Shown here in pieces: positions 25,636 to 30,088 of a stretch of 30,088 nucleotides of DNA. The DNA is from an uncultured Rhodospirillaceae bacterium. GTDB taxonomy: Bacteria; Pseudomonadota; Alphaproteobacteria; UBA9219. The first letter of the stretch is position 1. Each line of letters opens with the position of its first letter. The notes below the pieces were generated by a model. It did no database searches, was not told where the DNA came from, and saw only the letters and a list, made by a program, of their open reading frames with translations. Made by a program: the position numbers and the translations under genes. Location: assembly GCA_964594935.1 (NCBI GenBank), contig CAZQOE010000002.1, positions 1,358-31,445 of the forward strand, written 5' to 3'.

Positions 25636-26124
25636 TTATGCAGCCTTTTCTTCTTTCGGCTCGACCTTGACCGTAATCGTGATCTTGCCGCCAGCCTTTT
25701 CAATCGCGGCGATAGCGGATTTGGAAGCTCCCGCAACCGTCACGTCGATCTTGGCCTTAAGTTCGCCTTTGCCGATGATGCGAACGCCGTCGCGAGCCTT
25801 CGAGGCCACGCCGGACGCCATCAGGCTTTCGGACGTAATGGGCTTCGAAGCGTCGATTTGGCCCTTGTCGATCGCGGCCTGCAGACGAAGAAGATTCACG
25901 GCCGAATAATCCTTGGCGAAAATGTTCTTGAAACCGCGCTTGGGCAAGCGGCGGGCGAGCGGCATCTGGCCGCCGATGAACCCCTTAAGGCGCACGCCCG
26001 TACGAGCCTTCTGGCCCTTGACGCCGCGGCCGCAGGTCTTGCCCTTGCCGGAGCCGATGCCACGGCCCACGGTAATGCGCGTTTTGCGCGCGCCGGGATT
26101 GTCACGGAGATCGTTGAGCTTCAT
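25636..26124 (-). CDS. rplO: 50S ribosomal protein L15
   Basis: [38 protein letters not shown]. Confidence 0.99.
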   Translation of the reverse strand: MKLNDLRDNPGARKTRITVGRGIGSGKGKTCGRGVKGQKARTGVRLKGFIGGQMPLARRLPKRGFKNIFAKDYSAVNLLRLQAAIDKGQIDASKPITSESLMASGVASKARDGVRIIGKGELKAKIDVTVAGASKSAIAAIEKAGGKITITVKVEPKEEKAA

Positions 26125-26128
26125 TTTC

Positions 26129-26344
26129 TTAATCCTTCTTTTCTACCACGGTCACCAAATGGCGAACGCGGGTAATCATGCCGCGAACGGCCGGCGTGTC
26201 TTGCAATTCGCGCGTCTTGCGGACGCGTCCAAGGCCGAGGCCGAGCAGCGTTTCTTTCATTTTCGGGCCGTTGCCGGTCGTGCCGCCGATTTGCGTCACG
26301 AGGAGCGTCTTGCCCGATTTCTTTGTCTGAACCTTGGTTGTCAT
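26129..26344 (-). CDS. rpmD: 50S ribosomal protein L30
   Basis: [33 protein letters not shown]; position between rpsE and rplO. Confidence 0.96.
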   Translation of the reverse strand: MTTKVQTKKSGKTLLVTQIGGTTGNGPKMKETLLGLGLGRVRKTRELQDTPAVRGMITRVRHLVTVVEKKD

Positions 26345-26919
26345 TTCACGTCCCCGTATTCCTTAGCGACTTCCTCGGCCTGTTTCTTGCCGAGAATTTC
26401 GTTGACCTTCTTGCCGCGGCGCACCGCGACCGAACGCGGGCTGGCGACCTGATCGAGCGCGGCGAACGTCGCCTTGATCATGTTGTGAGGATTGCTGGAA
26501 CCGACGGACTTGGCGACCACGTCGTGGATGCCCAGAGCTTCGAACAGCGCGCGCATCGGGCCGCCCGCGATGATACCGGTACCCGCAGGAGCCGTGCGCA
26601 AAACGACCTTGCCCGCGCCGTAGCGGCCCAGAACGTCGTGATGCAATGTCCGGCCTTCGCGCAACGGAATGCGCTTCATATTGCGCTTGGCGGCGTTCGT
26701 CGCCTTCGAAATCGCTTCGGGAACTTCGCGAGCCTTGCCCGTGCCGTAACCGACGCGGCCTTTGCCGTCGCCGACGATCACCATCGCGGCCATCTTGAAG
26801 CTTTTGCCGCCTTTGACGACCTTGGTCACGCGGTTGATGCCGACGAGCTTTTCGATAAGCTCGCTGCCTTCGCGTTCGTCTTTGTCTTCGCTCTTTTTTG
26901 ATCTTTCGGGCTTCGCCAT
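26341..26919 (-). CDS. rpsE: 30S ribosomal protein S5
   Basis: [33 protein letters not shown]. Confidence 0.99.
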   Translation of the reverse strand: MAKPERSKKSEDKDEREGSELIEKLVGINRVTKVVKGGKSFKMAAMVIVGDGKGRVGYGTGKAREVPEAISKATNAAKRNMKRIPLREGRTLHHDVLGRYGAGKVVLRTAPAGTGIIAGGPMRALFEALGIHDVVAKSVGSSNPHNMIKATFAALDQVASPRSVAVRRGKKVNEILGKKQAEEVAKEYGDVK

Positions 26920-26938
26920 ACTATTTTCCTCTGTTTAA

Positions 26939-27301
26939 TTAGAAGGACAGGCCGGCGCTGCGCGCGGCCTCGGCCAATTCCTTGACGCGGCCGTGGTAGA
27001 TGTAACCGCCGCGGTCGAACACAACTTCCTTGATCCCCGCCTTGATGGCGCGTTCGGCAACCAGTTCGCCGACGGCCTTGGCCGCCGCCTTGTTGGCTCC
27101 CGTCTTGAGCTTCTTTTTAAGAGCCTCTTCGAGCGTCGACGCGGCGACGAGGGTCTTGCCCGCCTTGTCGTCGATGATCTGGACGGAGATGTTTTTCTCC
27201 GAGCGATGCACCGACAGGCGCGGACGGCCGTGCGCGTTCTTCGCTATGTTGTAGCGGGTGCGCTTGGCGCGGCGTTCGTGGAGTTCTTTTGCACTTAACA
27301 T
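26939..27301 (-). CDS. rplR: 50S ribosomal protein L18
   Basis: [37 protein letters not shown]. Confidence 0.99.
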   Translation of the reverse strand: MLSAKELHERRAKRTRYNIAKNAHGRPRLSVHRSEKNISVQIIDDKAGKTLVAASTLEEALKKKLKTGANKAAAKAVGELVAERAIKAGIKEVVFDRGGYIYHGRVKELAEAARSAGLSF

Positions 27302-27322
27302 GTTAGCCTCTGTTCATTTCCT

Positions 27323-27856
27323 TTATTTCTTCTTGCCTTCTTTGCGGCGGATGACTTCGCCTTGATACATAATGCCTTTGCCCTTGTAGGGTTCCGGCTT
27401 CTTCATGCCGCGAATTTCCGCTGCGACTTGGCCGACTTGCTGCTTGTCGATGCCCGTAATTTCCAGCACGGTCGGCTTTGCGGCCTTGATCGTGATTCCC
27501 GCCGGAGGCGCAAAGCGCACTTCGTGGCTGAAGCCGATTTGAAGGACCAGATCCTTGCCCTGCATGGCCGCTTTAAAGCCGACGCCTTCGATTTGAAGCG
27601 TCGTCTTGAAGCCTTCGGTCACGCCCTTGACCATATTGTTGATGTTGTTGCGGGCCGTTCCCCACAAAACGCGCGCGCGAGGAGAATCATGGGCCTTGGA
27701 AACGGCGATTTTGCCGCCTTCGACCTTAAGGCCGATTTCTGACGGAACGGTAAGGCTCAGGTTTCCCAGCTTGCCCTTAACGGCAATGGTCTGGCCTTTC
27801 ACTTCCGCCGTAACGCCTTGCGGCAGAGCGACGGGATATTTGCCAACGCGTGACAT
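27323..27856 (-). CDS. rplF: 50S ribosomal protein L6
   Basis: MSRVGKYPV, GVGFKA, KPEPYKGKGI. Confidence 0.99.
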   Translation of the reverse strand: MSRVGKYPVALPQGVTAEVKGQTIAVKGKLGNLSLTVPSEIGLKVEGGKIAVSKAHDSPRARVLWGTARNNINNMVKGVTEGFKTTLQIEGVGFKAAMQGKDLVLQIGFSHEVRFAPPAGITIKAAKPTVLEITGIDKQQVGQVAAEIRGMKKPEPYKGKGIMYQGEVIRRKEGKKK

Positions 27857-27894
27857 TTTCTTACCTCAAACTTTCGTGACTCATCACTCTCGAA

Positions 27895-28296
27895 TTAAAA
27901 CACCCGACAAAGGACTTCTCCTCCGACGTGTTGCGCGCGCGCTTCGTTGTCCGAAAGCACGCCACGCGGCGTCGAAAGAATGGATATGCCAAGTCCGTTG
28001 AAAACGCGGCCCAGATCCTTGATGCCGGCGTAAACGCGGCGTCCGGGGGTCGAAACGCGCTCAATTTTACGAATAGCTGGCGAGCCTTCGTGGTACTTCA
28101 GTTCGATTTCGAACTGGGCTTGCGCCGTCCCCTTTTTCACTTCCGTATAGCCGCGGATATAGCCTTCGCGGATCAGCGTTTCGAGAACGTCCTTGCGGTG
28201 TCTCGACGCCGGACAGCCTACGACCGCCATATTCGCCATCTGACCGTTACGAATGCGGGTCAGCATATCGCCAATTGTATCGGTTACTACAGACAT
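27895..28296 (-). CDS. rpsH: 30S ribosomal protein S8
   Basis: DTIGDMLTRIRNG, RVSTPGRRVY, GISILSTPRGV; start at ATG 28296. Confidence 0.99.
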   Translation of the reverse strand: MSVVTDTIGDMLTRIRNGQMANMAVVGCPASRHRKDVLETLIREGYIRGYTEVKKGTAQAQFEIELKYHEGSPAIRKIERVSTPGRRVYAGIKDLGRVFNGLGISILSTPRGVLSDNEARAQHVGGEVLCRVF

Positions 28297-28309
28297 ATGG
28301 GCCCCTCCC

Positions 28310-28615
28310 TTACCAGCTCGACTTGACCACACCCGGGATCTGGCCCGAAGAGGCCAGCTCGCGGAATTTAATGCGGCTAAGTTTGAATTTGCGATAGTTG
28401 CCGCGGGGACGTCCCGTCAGCAAGCAGCGATTGTGTTGGCGAATCTTCGCGCCGTTGCGCGGCATTTCCGCCAGCTTCATGACAGCTTCGAAACGCTCTT
28501 CCATCGACGTTTCCTTATTATGGATCGTGGCGTTAAGGGCCGCGCGGCGTTTCGAGAACTTCTTCTCGAGCCGTTTGCGCTTGCCTTCCTTTTCGATCAT
28601 GCATTTTTTAGCCAT
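28310..28615 (-). CDS. rpsN: 30S ribosomal protein S14 (long, Zn-independent type)
   Basis: [27 protein letters not shown]; 101 aa. Confidence 0.99.
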   Translation of the reverse strand: MAKKCMIEKEGKRKRLEKKFSKRRAALNATIHNKETSMEERFEAVMKLAEMPRNGAKIRQHNRCLLTGRPRGNYRKFKLSRIKFRELASSGQIPGVVKSSW

Positions 28616-29195
28616 TCGTTTTTTCTCCTTGCGCCTGGAAGGGCATGTTGAAAGCGCGTAGCAATTCGCGCGCTTCGTCGTCGGTTTTCGCGGTCGTGCA
28701 GATCACGATGTCCATGCCGCGGATTTCGTCGATCTTGTCGTATTCGATTTCGGGAAACACGATCTGTTCCTTAAGGCCCAGCGCGTAGTTGCCGCTGCCG
28801 TCGAAGCTCTTGGCCGAAACGCCGCGGAAGTCGCGCACGCGCGGCAGAGCGATCGTAATCAGGCGGTCGAGAAATTCGTACATCTTGTCGCGGCGAAGCG
28901 TGACTTTGCAGCCGATGCCCAAGCCCCCGCGCAATTTGAACGCAGCGATGGCCTTGCGCGATTGGGTGATGACGGGCTTCTGACCCGCGATCAGCGCAAG
29001 TTCTTCAGCCGCGTTCTTCGTCTTCTTGCTGTCATTGACGGCTTCGCCCACGCCCATGTTGATGACGATCTTGTCAAGGTGCGGGATCTGCATGGCGTTC
29101 TTGTAGCCGAATTTCTTGGTCAGGTCGGCTTTCACCGTGTCCTGATAGAGCTTCTGCAAGCGCGGAACGTATTTATCTTTTTTCGCTGCAACCAT
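28608..29195 (-). CDS. rplE: 50S ribosomal protein L5
   Basis: [34 protein letters not shown]; start at ATG 29195. Confidence 0.99.
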   Translation of the reverse strand: MVAAKKDKYVPRLQKLYQDTVKADLTKKFGYKNAMQIPHLDKIVINMGVGEAVNDSKKTKNAAEELALIAGQKPVITQSRKAIAAFKLRGGLGIGCKVTLRRDKMYEFLDRLITIALPRVRDFRGVSAKSFDGSGNYALGLKEQIVFPEIEYDKIDEIRGMDIVICTTAKTDDEARELLRAFNMPFQAQGEKTNG

Positions 29196-29205
29196 TTTAA
29201 ACCTC

Positions 29206-29511
29206 TTAAACTTCTTCGCCGGAGCGACGCGCAACGCGCGTTTTGACGCCCTTGACGAACTTGTAGCCGACGCGCGTCGCCTTGCTGGTCTTGGTATCGA
29301 CAAGCGCGACGTTCGACGCATGAATAGGAGCCTCGCGGCGAATGATGCCGCCCTGTGGATTACCCTGCGAAGGCTTCGTGTGGCGCGCAATCATGTTGAC
29401 GCCCGAAACCGTGACGCGATTGTCCTTAGGATAAACGGACGTGATTTCGCCCGTCTTGCCTTTGTCTTTGCCCGCCAGCACAATCACTTTGTCTTTTTTC
29501 TTGATCTTCAT
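29206..29511 (-). CDS. rplX: 50S ribosomal protein L24
   Basis: [13 protein letters not shown] (KOW), EAPIHASNV. Confidence 0.99.
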   Translation of the reverse strand: MKIKKKDKVIVLAGKDKGKTGEITSVYPKDNRVTVSGVNMIARHTKPSQGNPQGGIIRREAPIHASNVALVDTKTSKATRVGYKFVKGVKTRVARRSGEEV

Positions 29512-29521
29512 AGTCCCGTCC

Positions 29522-29890
29522 TCACAAAACTTCTTCGGCTAAAGAGATGATCTTCATAAAGCCAAGGCTGCGCAGTTCGCGCGTCACCGGCCCAAAGATG
29601 CGGGTGCCGATGGGTTCCAGATCCTTGTTGATCAGCACGGCCGCGTTTTTATCGAAGCGGATCAGCGTGCCGTCTTTGCGGTGCAGCGCGTACTTCTGGC
29701 GAACGATGACAGCCTTATGGACGTCGCCCTTCTTGACCTTGCCGCGCGGAATGGCTTCGCGGATCGATACGACGATGATGTCGCCGATCGTCGCCGTCGT
29801 CCGGTGAGAGCCGCCCGGAACCTTGATGCAGCACACGGCTTTTGCGCCGCTGTTATCCGCTACCTCAAGGACTGTTTCCATTTGAATCAT
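29522..29890 (-). CDS. rplN: 50S ribosomal protein L14
   Basis: [30 protein letters not shown]. Confidence 0.99.
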   Translation of the reverse strand: MIQMETVLEVADNSGAKAVCCIKVPGGSHRTTATIGDIIVVSIREAIPRGKVKKGDVHKAVIVRQKYALHRKDGTLIRFDKNAAVLINKDLEPIGTRIFGPVTRELRSLGFMKIISLAEEVL

Positions 29891-29913
29891 GGTTGTTTCC
29901 CTGTTCTAAACCG

Positions 29914-30088
29914 TTACTTCGCTGTCTTCTTGACGGGCTTCGTTTCCGCCTTTTCGTCCACCAGCATCCAACGCTTGCGCTTGCTGATGGGCGCGCATTC
30001 GATAATCGACACGACATCGCCGATTTTGCATCTGTTCTTTTCGTCGTGCGCCGCATACTTTTTAGACTTGCGGATGTACTTTTTATAA
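29914..30088 (-). CDS. rpsQ: 30S ribosomal protein S17, 5' end truncated by window edge (not in ORF track)
   Basis: Minus strand from 30087 reads [43 protein letters not shown]...KTAK*, stop at 29914-29916. Confidence 0.97.
   Translation of the reverse strand, partial: YKKYIRKSKKYAAHDEKNRCKIGDVVSIIECAPISKRKRWMLVDEKAETKPVKKTAK

Noticed and set aside
26129-28615. Divergent L30 N-terminus and Zn-free S14
   Set aside because: Within ordinary alphaproteobacterial variation.
29196-29390. N-terminal extensions of L5 (260-aa call) and S8 (145-aa call)
   Set aside because: They overlap rplX and rpsN respectively; downstream ATGs (29195, 28296) give normal proteins.
1891-30088. Many long antisense or alternate-frame ORFs (e.g. 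2238-3188, 11036-11917, 12939-13736, 20850-22079, 24767-25462)
   Set aside because: Shadows of high-GC genes with strong codon bias; no motifs.
1-30088. CRISPR array, IS element, CIRCE box or full CtrA box
   Set aside because: No regularly spaced repeats, transposase motifs, TTAGCACTC-N9-GAGTGCTAA or convincing TTAA-N7-TTAA seen by eye.

Overview
Window from an alphaproteobacterial chromosome (GapR, alpha-type rplJ leader, RPE-like palindrome, alpha-type sigma70 promoter). It is mostly housekeeping DNA. It holds the 3' half of tRNA-Lys(CTT), tRNA-Ser(CGA), a CDF metal transporter, an amidohydrolase, wbaP, recO, a GT4 glycosyltransferase, trxA, a TrmH-family methylase and gapR. It also holds the ydcF-mltB-(orphan)-rlpA-dacA-tmk-holB block, a four-gene lipoprotein/GT-C/GT2/GtrA operon, an atypical 842-aa Hsp70, a DUF465 gene, rplJL, and rpsQ plus the spc ribosomal-protein genes rplN to rplO. 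I see no integrase, transposase, phage genes or CRISPR array. The oddities are mainly in non-coding DNA and gene order: (1) a promoter-driven structured RNA resembling the speF/alpha-r45 motif, followed by an RBS and only Met-Ser-stop instead of the usual decarboxylase; (2) rplO followed by a terminator and a self-contained rplJL unit, with no adjacent secY or rpoB; (3) an HTH regulator split by one in-frame TAA; (4) tRNA-Ser 3'-end-like repeats around a stack of hairpins; (5) a solitary Hsp70 with an inserted domain where the interdomain linker should be; (6) several small palindromic repeat families. All family assignments come from reading motifs by eye and from memory; no searches were run.
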